The notes under the pieces: generated by a model
The model's input: the letters and a program-made list of their open reading frames with translations, nothing else
What the model was told of the DNA's origin: nothing
The model's database searches: none
Position numbers and translations under genes: made by a program
Shown: positions 1 to 8,929 of the stretch, in pieces
Layout of the letters: the number at the start of each line of letters is the position of its first letter
Numbering within the stretch: position 1 is the first letter of the stretch
Source of the DNA: Candidatus Omnitrophota bacterium
GTDB taxonomy: Bacteria > Omnitrophota > Omnitrophia > Omnitrophales > Aquincolibacteriaceae
Length of the DNA: 64,000 nucleotides
Reading direction: 5' to 3'
NCBI GenBank assembly: GCA_043732705.1
Contig: JAYTHE010000002.1
Coordinates: 127,608 to 191,607, forward strand

Positions 1-299
1 GTGAGTTCCTTAGCAGTTGAGTTGAGCGGGAAAATTTCTTTTTCGAAAACCAGCCAAAGTGCTTTTCTTTCGATTCCACGGCCGTCGCGTTTTTTGGTGT
101 AAACAAAAACTCCATCACCGGTCGGATTCTTGCGGGCTTTTAAATCTTTGGAATGAACATCCATGCTGTGAGTCATAACCTTGGAGGCGACAAGATCAAT
201 TGCATTTTGTTTAACATGCGGTTGCTTGATTTCATATCCGGCAAAAGCAAGTCCTGCAATGATGATCCAAATTGCTAGTTTTTTTAATATCCAAAGCAT
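1..299 (-). CDS. hypothetical protein with N-terminal membrane anchor, partial (runs off window start)
   Basis: Manual translation MLWILKKLAIWIIIAGLAFAGYEIKQ..., open to position 1; AAGGA RBS upstream; not in ORF track. Confidence 0.7.
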   Translation of the reverse strand, partial: MLWILKKLAIWIIIAGLAFAGYEIKQPHVKQNAIDLVASKVMTHSMDVHSKDLKARKNPTGDGVFVYTKKRDGRGIERKALWLVFEKEIFPLNSTAKEL

Positions 300-398
300 C
301 TCAATCGTCCTTTTTTTAGTCCTAAAAGTAAGGATAACATATGGATCTGAATTGGGAAGAGTGGCGGGGCTATTTTTTTCAAAAAGCTTTGGAGCCAT

Positions 399-429
399 AA
401 CCTGTCCACCTCCCGGAGGTGGACAGGTT
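399..429. repeat. perfect 15-bp-arm palindrome (CCTG...CAGG type)
   Basis: AACCTGTCCACCTCC-C-GGAGGTGGACAGGTT. Confidence 0.85.
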
Positions 430-504
430 CCGGTAAGGAGCTGCCTGTATAAGATAAATAATTAATATATTGCATAAATAATATAATTAAAATACAATTA
501 CAGC

Positions 505-1635
505 ATGGATTCCGTACAAGTTCTACAAGAAACCAGGGCCGCACTAATTTTTAGTCAGCTTGACCTTTCGAGCCGCCGCGAGGTTTGGGGCGATTTTTCC
601 AAGGGGCAAACGCTTGCGCATATCTTTAGGATTTGGACTGAACAAGGCCGTTCGGAGCTTAAGATCCTGCTTGAAAAATTTAATCCCGACCAAGAAATTT
701 TGGAATGTATTTCAAAAAAAATTGAAATTATTTCTCTGTCCGATTTGATTTACCCGGAATTATTGCGCGCCATTTCTGATCCGCCATTTGTCTTATATGC
801 CCGCGGGCAAACAAGTTTTTTGAACGATTTGTCGATTGCAGTTGTCGGTTCGCGGCAAGCGAGCTTTTACGGAACGGAGCAGGCGTATCGCTTTTCCCGT
901 GTTTTGTCCGATGCCGGGCTGACAATTGTTTCGGGGCTTGCGCTTGGAATTGATCAAGCCGCGCACGAATCTGCTCTGAATGCCGGAGGCCATACCATCG
1001 CGGTTTTGGGATGCGGGATAGATGTGGTTTATCCCGCAGAAAACAGCCGGCTTTTTGAACGCGTTGCGGAGCACGGTTTAATTTTAAGCGAGTATCCTTT
1101 GGGCGCCGAGCCGCGTGCTTATCATTTTCCGCGCCGCAATCGAATCCTATCCGGTCTTTCATTGGGCGTGCTTGTTGTAGAAGCGCATGAGCGCAGCGGC
1201 TCTTTAATTACAGCTTATCAAGCTCTTGAGCAGGGGCGTGAAGTCTATGCTATACCGGGGCCGGTCCATCACATTACCTCTCGCGGAACACATCAATTGA
1301 TTCGTGAAGGCGCCGCGCTTGTGGAAGCGCCTGAAGAAATTATTTTGTCGGTTGCGGAGCATTCGGGCATGCTTCAGTTTCCATCAAAAAAAGAATTCTC
1401 GGAAGGCTGCTTTGCGCCTGCGGTGTCAGCCGCAGGGGCCGAGTCTGTTTCAGTCAGCATTGAGGCTGAGGAGAGCCATCCTATTTTGAAACTTCTCAAA
1501 CAACAAAGCCGGGATTACGAAGGGCTGTTTGAATTGTCAAAAATGGAGCCGCAAGACTTTGCGCGTGCATTAACCGAGCTGGAGATCGAAGGCAAGGTTC
1601 GAAAAAATTCTTCCGGGTACTTCGAATTAAGTTAG
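505..1635 (+). CDS. dprA: DNA-processing protein DprA
   Basis: AVVGSR, IVSGLALGID, HFPRRNRILSGLS, SGSLITA motifs; C-terminal winged-helix LTELEIEG. Confidence 0.95.
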   Translation: MDSVQVLQETRAALIFSQLDLSSRREVWGDFSKGQTLAHIFRIWTEQGRSELKILLEKFNPDQEILECISKKIEIISLSDLIYPELLRAISDPPFVLYARGQTSFLNDLSIAVVGSRQASFYGTEQAYRFSRVLSDAGLTIVSGLALGIDQAAHESALNAGGHTIAVLGCGIDVVYPAENSRLFERVAEHGLILSEYPLGAEPRAYHFPRRNRILSGLSLGVLVVEAHERSGSLITAYQALEQGREVYAIPGPVHHITSRGTHQLIREGAALVEAPEEIILSVAEHSGMLQFPSKKEFSEGCFAPAVSAAGAESVSVSIEAEESHPILKLLKQQSRDYEGLFELSKMEPQDFARALTELEIEGKVRKNSSGYFELS

Positions 1636-1815
1636 CCCACCCTTCTCTTCGATTTTCTGCTGCATCAATGTATATCTCTGCGCCTGCTGCGTTATGCTAA
1701 CGAAGATTTCTTCAACGTACTGCTGAGAGTACGTCTGCGGAATCTTCGCTCGCATGCCTTGCATTCACAGCGATCTACACTGAGTCGCGACGAAAACCGA
1801 AAAGAAGTGTGGGCT
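1634..1815 (+). repeat. long imperfect hairpin element (family L, copy 1)
   Basis: Arms AGCCCACCCTTCTCTTCGATTTTC / GAAAACCGAAAAGAAGTGTGGGCT; core TGCGTT..CGTAC..GTACG..GCCTTGCAT. Confidence 0.8.
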
Positions 1816-1972
1816 TAAACTTGCCATGGAATGATAGTTGCCTTTTGAAGGAAGGGGGCGCTTCATAAAAAACTTATAATATTTGACCAAAAGGGTTTTC
1901 AGCTGTACTCTTTCAATAGAAACTCAAGGGTTTCTGCCATCTTAGTTTAAAAATTGATTGAAAGGAGCGCAT

Positions 1973-2371
1973 ATGACAGGAACAGCTGCACCGGTAGGAA
2001 AAAGAATTGTCGCAGGTCTAATCGATTTTATTGTTGCGCCAATTGTCATCGGAATTGTGCTCGGACTTCTTTTTGTTTTGCTTGGTAACGCACTCCCTGA
2101 AGCTGCGCGTTCGATTATCTTGATTGCGGCGAATATCGCGTGGCTGCTTGTGCGTGATACGCTTTTTGCTCCGGGCCGTTTGATCATGAAATTGAAGCTC
2201 GTGAGTTTAACTTCAGGCAAGGTGACATTTATGCAGGCGTTTCTGCGTAATATTCTGCTCGTGATTCCAGTGGTTTTGATTGTCGGATACATTCTTGAGC
2301 TTGTTTGGGTTTGTGTTAAAGGTCATCGCCTGGCGGATGATTGGGCGAAGACACAGGTGGTTGAAGCTTAA
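1973..2371 (+). CDS. RDD family membrane protein
   Basis: KRIVAGLID, LRNILL, GHRLAD motifs; AAGGAG RBS before ATG 1973. Confidence 0.85.
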   Translation: MTGTAAPVGKRIVAGLIDFIVAPIVIGIVLGLLFVLLGNALPEAARSIILIAANIAWLLVRDTLFAPGRLIMKLKLVSLTSGKVTFMQAFLRNILLVIPVVLIVGYILELVWVCVKGHRLADDWAKTQVVEA

Positions 2372-2414
2372 TGAGGTCGCAAGTTACGAGGCGTAACTTG
2401 CATGACCGAATTAA

Positions 2415-2467
2415 GTCCCAGCGAAGGCGGGGACCTAGCGCTGGATTCCCGCCTACGCGGGAATGAC
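2415..2467. repeat. REP-like element, GGATTCCCGCC..GCGGGAATGAC family
   Basis: CTGGATTCCCGCCTACGCGGGAATGACAAA matches 19311-19340 at 29/30 nt; preceded by hairpin 2379-2401. Confidence 0.8.
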
Positions 2468-2480
2468 AAATATAAGAAGA

Positions 2481-2517
2481 CCGCAGATTTCAAAAGAATC
2501 TGCGGCTTTTTCTTTTT
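2481..2517 (+). terminator. intrinsic terminator
   Basis: CCGCAGATT/AATCTGCGG stem followed by T-rich tail. Confidence 0.75.
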
Positions 2518-2530
2518 CTGTTTAGTTTTT

Positions 2531-2554
2531 GCTCTGCGCTAAGCGCAACCGCAG
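2531..2554 (+). repeat. mini-hairpin GCTC-TG..CA-ACCGC (intergenic copy)
   Basis: GCTC TGCGC TAA GCGCA ACCGCAG. Confidence 0.75.
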
Positions 2555-2601
2555 TGCCGGCAAACGATTTGTTATATGCTATCTTTTTAGAGAGGTAATG
2601 C

Positions 2602-2997
2602 ATGGCGAAAAAATCAGTTAAATCAAAAGTATCCCAGAAAAAAAATTCTTCTTCCGAAAATCCGCTTCCGGTTTATACGGAAATTGCAAAGCTCAAAAAA
2701 GTGATCTTTGATTTAGGCAAAGACAAAGAATCGCTTGAGACGCGTACGCAAGAACTCGAAATTCACATGAGTCTGATGATTCGTTTGCTCACAACGCTTT
2801 GCATTGAAAAATTTGGCATGCGGGTCGGTGTGTTAAAGCGGCTGATTAAGCAAGCCGAGGAAGAGGCGATTCGCGATTCCCAAATTATTCAGCTCGAAAA
2901 CTGGTTTCAAATGCAGCCGCGCGCCAAAAAAGATAAGCCGCAAAATCCGCCTCAGCCTCCGGAAACTCCCGGCGATCCATGGGAAAACATAAGCTAG
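2602..2997 (+). CDS. hypothetical protein (coiled-coil, Pro-rich tail)
   Basis: GAGG RBS, 131 aa ORF, no recognised motif. Confidence 0.75.
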   Translation: MAKKSVKSKVSQKKNSSSENPLPVYTEIAKLKKVIFDLGKDKESLETRTQELEIHMSLMIRLLTTLCIEKFGMRVGVLKRLIKQAEEEAIRDSQIIQLENWFQMQPRAKKDKPQNPPQPPETPGDPWENIS

Positions 2998-3070
2998 GTT
3001 TAAGGTTAAATCTAAAAGGTTAAAACCTTAATGTTTTGGCCTTTAACCTATCAGTTTTAACCTTTCTAGG
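2994..3070. repeat. heptamer-periodic inverted element (family H)
   Basis: AGGTTAAATCTAAAAG shared with 44190; inverted TTTTAACCT arm. Confidence 0.65.
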
Positions 3071-3085
3071 TCCGATAAACTTCTA

Positions 3086-3115
3086 TTTACAATTCCTCCG
3101 ACCTGCCGATACAAT
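3086..3115 (+). promoter_or_regulatory. putative sigma70 promoter for thiS-xerC
   Basis: TTTACA-18 nt-TACAAT. Confidence 0.45.
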
Positions 3116-3160
3116 ACCCTGACTTAAATAGTGTAAAGCTGTTGTGCGGGAGCAATTACG

Positions 3161-3361
3161 GTGGAAATTCTTTTAAACGGTGAAAAACGCAAGGTCGATT
3201 CCGGCCTCACGCTTGCCAAACTGCTTGAAAGTCTTGAAATCCGTTCTGGCTCGGTGGCGGTTGAACACAATGAAAAAGTCATTCCCCGGCGGGATTTAGA
3301 GCATTTCGCTTTAAATTCCGGCGATAAGGTGGAAATCGTTCGGTTTGTCGGTGGCGGCTAA
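3161..3361 (+). CDS. thiS: sulfur carrier protein ThiS
   Basis: 66 aa, LNGE, VAVEHN, EIVRFVGGG C-terminus. Confidence 0.95.
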   Translation: MEILLNGEKRKVDSGLTLAKLLESLEIRSGSVAVEHNEKVIPRRDLEHFALNSGDKVEIVRFVGGG

Positions 3362-3405
3362 AGATCGGTACGGGGTACATTTAGCTTCCTTAAATAACGG
3401 AAAAT

Positions 3406-4284
3406 ATGGATCCAAGAGCGCAATCGTTTCTCCAGTTTCTCAAAACGGAAAAGGGCTACTCCGAGCATACGCTGAAAAATTACGCGATTGATTTGCGTGA
3501 GTTTTTCGGGTTTCTAGGCGCAAAAACGCTTGAAACCGTGACGTATCTGGAAGTACGCGCCTATCTCGCAGTTTTGAAAGATAAAAACTTCAGTAAGAGC
3601 TCAATAGCAAGAAAGCTTGCCTGCATTCGCTCCTGCTTTAAGTATCTCGCGCGCGAAAAAGTGATTCAGCATAATCCGGCGGCCGGCATCCAAACTCCAA
3701 AACGGGATAAAAAACTTCCTGATTTTTTAAATCAGGAAGAAATGGCTAATCTTCTCGACGCGCCTTCAAGCGGGTCTTGGGAAGAGAAGCGCGACAAAGC
3801 GATTCTGGAAATGCTCTATAGCTCCGGCCTGCGTGTCAGCGAGCTTGTCAGCCTTGACCACAGTGCCGTCGATTTAAGCGGCGGCTTATTGCGTGTGCGG
3901 GGCAAAGGCAAGAAAGAGCGTATCGTTCCGGTCGGGCGCGTCGCGATTCAAGCCATGAAAGATTATTTCGCTATTAAACCTCCGAGGGATACCGGGGCTT
4001 CATTGGAAAAACCGGTTTTTAAAAACAGATTGGGTGGGAGACTAACTGACCGCAGCGTCCGGCGTATGATTTTGAAATACACGCGCCGCATCGCTTTGGC
4101 TAAAGACGTCTCGCCGCATATGCTTCGTCATTCGTTTGCGACTCACATGCTTGACCGCGGCGCGGATTTGCGCAGTGTTCAGGAACTTCTCGGTCATGAA
4201 AATCTTTCCACGACCCAGATTTATACCCATGTGACCACGAAGAGATTGAAAGAGGCCTATGCCGCTGCCCACCCCCGAGCTTAG
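3406..4284 (+). CDS. xerC: tyrosine recombinase XerC
   Basis: GLRVSEL, GKGKKERIVP, HMLRHSFATH, LLGHENLSTTQIYTHV. Confidence 0.9.
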   Translation: MDPRAQSFLQFLKTEKGYSEHTLKNYAIDLREFFGFLGAKTLETVTYLEVRAYLAVLKDKNFSKSSIARKLACIRSCFKYLAREKVIQHNPAAGIQTPKRDKKLPDFLNQEEMANLLDAPSSGSWEEKRDKAILEMLYSSGLRVSELVSLDHSAVDLSGGLLRVRGKGKKERIVPVGRVAIQAMKDYFAIKPPRDTGASLEKPVFKNRLGGRLTDRSVRRMILKYTRRIALAKDVSPHMLRHSFATHMLDRGADLRSVQELLGHENLSTTQIYTHVTTKRLKEAYAAAHPRA

Positions 4285-4408
4285 CAATTAGTTGAAAAGG
4301 TCTCGTCTGCTTCGTTGCGCGTTCCGCTTCTTTGTGCGGCGTAGGTTTTACTACGCCTCCGCAGATGCTCACGCGTGCCTTGCATCCAAAACCTTTTGAA
4401 CAAATTGC
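4284..4408 (+). repeat. long imperfect hairpin element (family L, copy 2)
   Basis: GCAATTAGTTGAAAAGGT / ACCTTTTGAACAAATTGC arms; core TTCGTTG..CGTAG..CTACG..GCCTTGCAT. Confidence 0.8.
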
Positions 4409-4425
4409 AGTAAAAGGACCGAATT

Positions 4426-5772
4426 TTGGTTTCATTACTGTTTGATTTGATTTATGTTTTGCCGGCGTTGATTTACGCCCCCGTTTTTTTTGTGAAGAGC
4501 CGCCGTGCGGATGAAAATCCAGGGCTTCTTTTCTCCGAGCGCTGGGGTTGTATTGCCCGGAAAAAACTTGCGCGTTTTCAAGGCAAGCGCGTTTTTTGGA
4601 TTCATGCCGTGAGCGTGGGCGAAGTCATGGTCGCGCGACAGTTTATTCATGCGCTGCGCGCGGAATTAATGTCCGCCACTGCGCCTGAAGCGCAACCGGC
4701 ACATACCGGCAAAAGCCCTTATCACTTTATATTAACCACAGTGACTCCCACGGGTCAAAAGCTTGCCCGCCAATCCGAAGCTGATGATCTCACCGCAATT
4801 TATGTACCTTTTGATTTTTCATTCTGTGTTTCCTCTTTTTTAAATCAAGTTAAACCCGAGGTTTTGGTTTTAGTCGAAACCGAAATTTGGCCCAATTTGA
4901 TTTTACTTTCAGCACAAAAAAAACTGCCTGTCTTTTTAATTAACGCGCGGCTCTCGCAAAAGTCACTCGATGGTTACAGCCGTGCCGCTTTTCTTTTTAA
5001 ATCCGTTTTTTCCGGCATCAAGCGTGTTTTTGCGCAAGACAAAGCCGATGCCGGGCGGTTTGAACGATTGGGGATTCCCCAATCACATATTGAGGTCTCG
5101 GGCAATATTAAGTTTGACGCCGCGGAGCCGCAAAAAAATGATGATACTTACACGCACAAAAATTTTGCATTAACGGAAACGGATAAAGTTTGGATCGCGG
5201 GGAGCACCCATCCGGGAGAAGAAAAGAAAATTCTCGAAGTCTTTTCGCGTTTGCGTCAAAAAAATAAAAATTTAAAACTGATTCTCGCGCCGCGGCATGT
5301 TGAGCGGGCCGAAAGTGTCGCACGTGAAATCGCGGAGACGCCGTTCTCTTTCCGGCGCTGGGGCGAATGCAATGCTTCTTTGGCGTGGGATGTTTTGTTG
5401 GTGGACCAGCTCGGAGTTCTTAAAAACATTTACGCTTTAGGCGACTTTGTTTTTACCGGCGGGAGCTGGATCGAGCATGGCGGACAAAATCCAATTGAAC
5501 CGGCCGCGCATCATTTACCTGTTTTACATGGACCGCATGTTTTTAACTTTAAGCAAGTTTACGAAATTTTGGATTCGGCAGGAGCCGCTCTTTGTGTCGA
5601 CGATACGGAAGTTTGTTTTCAGAAAATGGAGTTTTTTTTAAATCACCCGGAACAAGCGACCGAAATGGGCCGGGTTGCGAGTGAGACCGTGGGGCAATAC
5701 CGCGGCGCGAGCGCGCGCCAGGCCAAACGGATTTTGGAATGTCTTAATATCAAGGAAAGGATAAAAATATGA
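4426..5772 (+). CDS. waaA: Kdo transferase WaaA/KdtA
   Basis: WIHAVSVGE, ETEIWPN, GNIKFD, AGSTHPGE, LAPRH, GGQNPIEPA; TTG start after AAGGA. Confidence 0.95.
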   Translation: MVSLLFDLIYVLPALIYAPVFFVKSRRADENPGLLFSERWGCIARKKLARFQGKRVFWIHAVSVGEVMVARQFIHALRAELMSATAPEAQPAHTGKSPYHFILTTVTPTGQKLARQSEADDLTAIYVPFDFSFCVSSFLNQVKPEVLVLVETEIWPNLILLSAQKKLPVFLINARLSQKSLDGYSRAAFLFKSVFSGIKRVFAQDKADAGRFERLGIPQSHIEVSGNIKFDAAEPQKNDDTYTHKNFALTETDKVWIAGSTHPGEEKKILEVFSRLRQKNKNLKLILAPRHVERAESVAREIAETPFSFRRWGECNASLAWDVLLVDQLGVLKNIYALGDFVFTGGSWIEHGGQNPIEPAAHHLPVLHGPHVFNFKQVYEILDSAGAALCVDDTEVCFQKMEFFLNHPEQATEMGRVASETVGQYRGASARQAKRILECLNIKERIKI

Positions 5773-6818
5773 ATTTAAAAGGAATGATTAAAGATACGAT
5801 GGAGGAAATGGCGCCGTCTTGCGCAACTTCCAAAGCATTAAACCCATTGCTCGCGATTGGCGGGATTTTTTACCGCCGCGGCTATGAAGCGCAGCGCGAT
5901 AAATATTTAAAAAATCCCAAACTCCGCACGCGGCTTGCCTTTCCGGTGGTCAGTGTTGGAAATTTAACTTGGGGCGGGACGGGAAAAACACCGCTTGTCG
6001 AAGCCATTGTTCGAAAAGTACTTTCGGTCAAGAAGACGCCGCTTGTTTTGACGCGCGGTTACAGCCACGATGAGACGGAGCAAATGAAAAGTCATTTGGA
6101 AGGAGCCATGGTCGCTTCCGGTAAGGATCGTGTTGCGGCCGCCAAGGAAGTATTGAAAGATTATCATGTGGATTTGGGCGTTCTTGACGACGGCATGCAG
6201 CATTGGCCGATCGAACGCGATTTGGAGATTGTCACGATTAACGCGCTTAATCCGTTCGGAAACGGTAAATTGATTCCGCAGGGAATTTTGCGTGAGCCTA
6301 TCTCGGCTTTGGAGCGCGCGCATATCGTTGTGTTGATGCACGTAAATCTTTTGAAAACTCAGGAATTACGCGACTTGCGTAAAAAAGTTGCAGATCTTGC
6401 TCCGCAAGCCAAGCTGGTTCAGGCTTATGTAGAGCCGCTCTTTTTTTATCGCGGACGTGATCATGCGCGAATTTCCTTGGAAAAAATGCGCGGAAAACGC
6501 GTGGCTTCTTTTTCAGGAATTGGCGCACCGCGTTCTTTCCAGCTGGTTTTACAGCGGTCGAAAGTGAAACCTGTCCGTAATTTTGAATACATGGATCATT
6601 ACGATTTCAAAAAGAAGGACATGGAAGAAATTAAGCGCGTCAGCGATTTGGCCGGTGCGGAAGACATCGTGACGACTGAAAAAGATTTTTACCGCTGCAG
6701 AAAACTTTTAAGCGAAACTTTGGATCCGCTTGTGCTCGCGACACGGGTTCAGTTTTTATCGGGTGAAGATATTTTGGAAGATTCTTTAATGCGTCTTTTA
6801 GGAGTTAAACGCGAGTGA
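5769..6818 (+). CDS. lpxK: tetraacyldisaccharide 4'-kinase
   Basis: VGNLTWGGTGKTP, LTRGY, LDDGMQH, GILRE, TTEKD. Confidence 0.95.
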   Translation: MNLKGMIKDTMEEMAPSCATSKALNPLLAIGGIFYRRGYEAQRDKYLKNPKLRTRLAFPVVSVGNLTWGGTGKTPLVEAIVRKVLSVKKTPLVLTRGYSHDETEQMKSHLEGAMVASGKDRVAAAKEVLKDYHVDLGVLDDGMQHWPIERDLEIVTINALNPFGNGKLIPQGILREPISALERAHIVVLMHVNLLKTQELRDLRKKVADLAPQAKLVQAYVEPLFFYRGRDHARISLEKMRGKRVASFSGIGAPRSFQLVLQRSKVKPVRNFEYMDHYDFKKKDMEEIKRVSDLAGAEDIVTTEKDFYRCRKLLSETLDPLVLATRVQFLSGEDILEDSLMRLLGVKRE

Positions 6819-6819
6819 G

Positions 6820-6923
6820 TCCCGTTAGAGGCTTAACCGAATGAATGACTTGAGATGGAACAAAGATGAAGTTTAAAGAATCGCATTTATCAAAAGATGT
6901 AATTGGCGGGGCCTCTAACGGGG
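6820..6923 (+). mobile_element. MITE with CCCGTTAGAG terminal inverted repeats (copy 1)
   Basis: TCCCGTTAGAGGC...GCCTCTAACGGGG; internal sequence homologous to 11027-11128. Confidence 0.85.
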
Positions 6924-8929
6924 GGAACGAAAAAAGTCCGGCTCGCAGCGCGCCTCCCGGAGAGAAGCGTGTGAGTCAAAACGAGGAAGAAAAGGATAAA
7001 ATTGCAGCCGTTCTGGTGCGCGGCTTAATCGCTTTGTTTTCAAAAATGCCACTGAGTGCGTCGGGGCACATCGGTGATTTTTGCGGACGGCTCGCTTATT
7101 TTTTACTTTTCAAAAAAAGGCGGACAGCGTATTGGAATATCCGCGCTGCGCTAGGCCTCCGGCTAAGTGAAACGCAAAGAAAGCAGGAATTGCTTGAGCA
7201 GTTTCGTCATTTGGGCCGCAACTTTACCGAAGTGCTCACTTTTGAAAAGCTGACTAACCAGGAAATTAATTCCGCAGTCACGATTCACGGCTTGGAGCGT
7301 TTCGAAAAAATAGTTGCGGGCGGTAAAGGCGCGGTTTTAATCACGGGACATTATGGAAATTGGGAGTTACTGCAGGTTGTCGCGGGTATTCGCGGAACAC
7401 CGATTCATGTTTTAGCGCGTGATCAGCGGCATCCGCGGTTAAATGAAATTTTAATGCGTCAACGTGAAGCGCATGGTTCGGTTGCCGTGAGCCGCGGCAT
7501 GAATGTGCGCTTTCTTTTGAAAGCCCTGAAAGAAGGCAAGCTTGTAGGTGTGCTTGGTGATCAATCGGCGGGACGCAGCGGAGGGATTTTGCTGCCTTTT
7601 TTCGGGCGCGTTACCACCATTCCGACGGGAGCTTTTGAGCTTGCGCGGCGCATGGGCGCAGACGTTCTGCCTTGTTTTATGGCGCGGGATGCCGGCGGAA
7701 AGCATACGATTTATGTCGAAGAGCCGCTTCAGGCGGAGGGTCAGGATGACGCCGAGGTCGTTCAAAATCAGGCGGCGGCTTATTTGCGTTTACTTGAAAG
7801 TCACATTGAACGTTCACCGCGCCAATGGCTTTGGCAAAATAAACGCTGGAAATATTCGTGGACGCGCCGCATCGTGGTTCTTTCAGACAAAAAGCCCGGG
7901 CATTTTAAACAGACCCAAGCCGCTGCGGCGCTTTTTGAAAAAACACAGGCTTATCATGGCCGCTCTGGGCTGAAATTTGAAACTCAAACAGTTGCAATCG
8001 AATACCGATCTGATTTTGCCGCGAGATGCTTGAGTGTTTTCGGCTGGCTATTATTACCGGTCATTCGCGGACGGTTTAAAATTTTAAATTTCTTTCTGAC
8101 AAAAGATTCCGCACAGGCTTTGGCGGGTGCGCAAGCGGATTTTATTTTTGCTGCGGGTTCCTCCATGGCACCCGTACAGCATCTTTTTGCCGCTGAAACC
8201 GGAGCAAAAAAAATTGTACTGATGAAGCCGCCCTTTCCTTATAGTCTTTTGAAATATGATTTGGCGGTTGTGCCGGCGCATGATGAGGGGTTTATTCCCA
8301 AGTCCAATTTCAGAACTTTAATTTCACCGAGTGGTTATTTATCGGGTAGTTTTGAAGAAGAAGCCATGCAGTTAAAATCGGAAATAAAAGGCGATGAGCG
8401 GCCCTATGCTGCGGTATTTGTCGGCGGCAAAACGCATGAATTTGACTGGACGGTCGCGGACGCGGAAAAACTTTTAAGTGTTTTAGAACGCGCGACTTCC
8501 AAAACGGGCGGATTTATGCTGACGACTTCACGCCGAACATCGGTTGGCGTCGAAAGATTTTTTAAACATCAAATGGGACCCACTTCCGTATGCAGAAAGC
8601 TTGTGATTGCGAATGAAGATTCGCGCGCGTTTGTCGCGAAGGGCATGTTGGGATTGGCGCAGCGCATGATTGTGACAGAAGACAGTTTGGCGATGATTTC
8701 CGAAGCTGTCGCTTCGGGCAAGCCCGTGATTGTGATTCGCAATACTTCGAGCCGGCTTCCGGAAAAACACCGCCGCTTTTTGGACAAACTAGTGGAAAAA
8801 AATTGGATTACCGTCGCAAGTTTACAGGAGCTAAGTAAAGTGATTACTTCCGAAAGCGTGGCTTCATCGATTGCCGCGGTCAATCAGGAAAAAGAGGCGC
8901 TGGCTCAGGCGCTGGAGCGGTTATTATGA
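6866..8929 (+). CDS. lipid A late acyltransferase (LpxL-like) fused to ELM1/GtrOC1-like domain; ancestral start probably GTG 6971
   Basis: HYGNWE, LGDQ, QWLW..RWK, then SDKKPGH, VVPAHD, TTSRRT, VTEDSLAMISEA. Confidence 0.85.
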   Translation: MKFKESHLSKDVIGGASNGGNEKSPARSAPPGEKRVSQNEEEKDKIAAVLVRGLIALFSKMPLSASGHIGDFCGRLAYFLLFKKRRTAYWNIRAALGLRLSETQRKQELLEQFRHLGRNFTEVLTFEKLTNQEINSAVTIHGLERFEKIVAGGKGAVLITGHYGNWELLQVVAGIRGTPIHVLARDQRHPRLNEILMRQREAHGSVAVSRGMNVRFLLKALKEGKLVGVLGDQSAGRSGGILLPFFGRVTTIPTGAFELARRMGADVLPCFMARDAGGKHTIYVEEPLQAEGQDDAEVVQNQAAAYLRLLESHIERSPRQWLWQNKRWKYSWTRRIVVLSDKKPGHFKQTQAAAALFEKTQAYHGRSGLKFETQTVAIEYRSDFAARCLSVFGWLLLPVIRGRFKILNFFLTKDSAQALAGAQADFIFAAGSSMAPVQHLFAAETGAKKIVLMKPPFPYSLLKYDLAVVPAHDEGFIPKSNFRTLISPSGYLSGSFEEEAMQLKSEIKGDERPYAAVFVGGKTHEFDWTVADAEKLLSVLERATSKTGGFMLTTSRRTSVGVERFFKHQMGPTSVCRKLVIANEDSRAFVAKGMLGLAQRMIVTEDSLAMISEAVASGKPVIVIRNTSSRLPEKHRRFLDKLVEKNWITVASLQELSKVITSESVASSIAAVNQEKEALAQALERLL

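Noticed and set aside
181-544. ORFs 181-465 (+) and 284-544 (-)
   Set aside because: They overlap a better-supported minus-strand gene (1-299), a palindrome and the dprA promoter region.
3361-3405. TPP riboswitch or dif site near thiS/xerC
   Set aside because: No CTGAGA TPP core and no recognisable XerC/XerD arms seen here or upstream of thiS.
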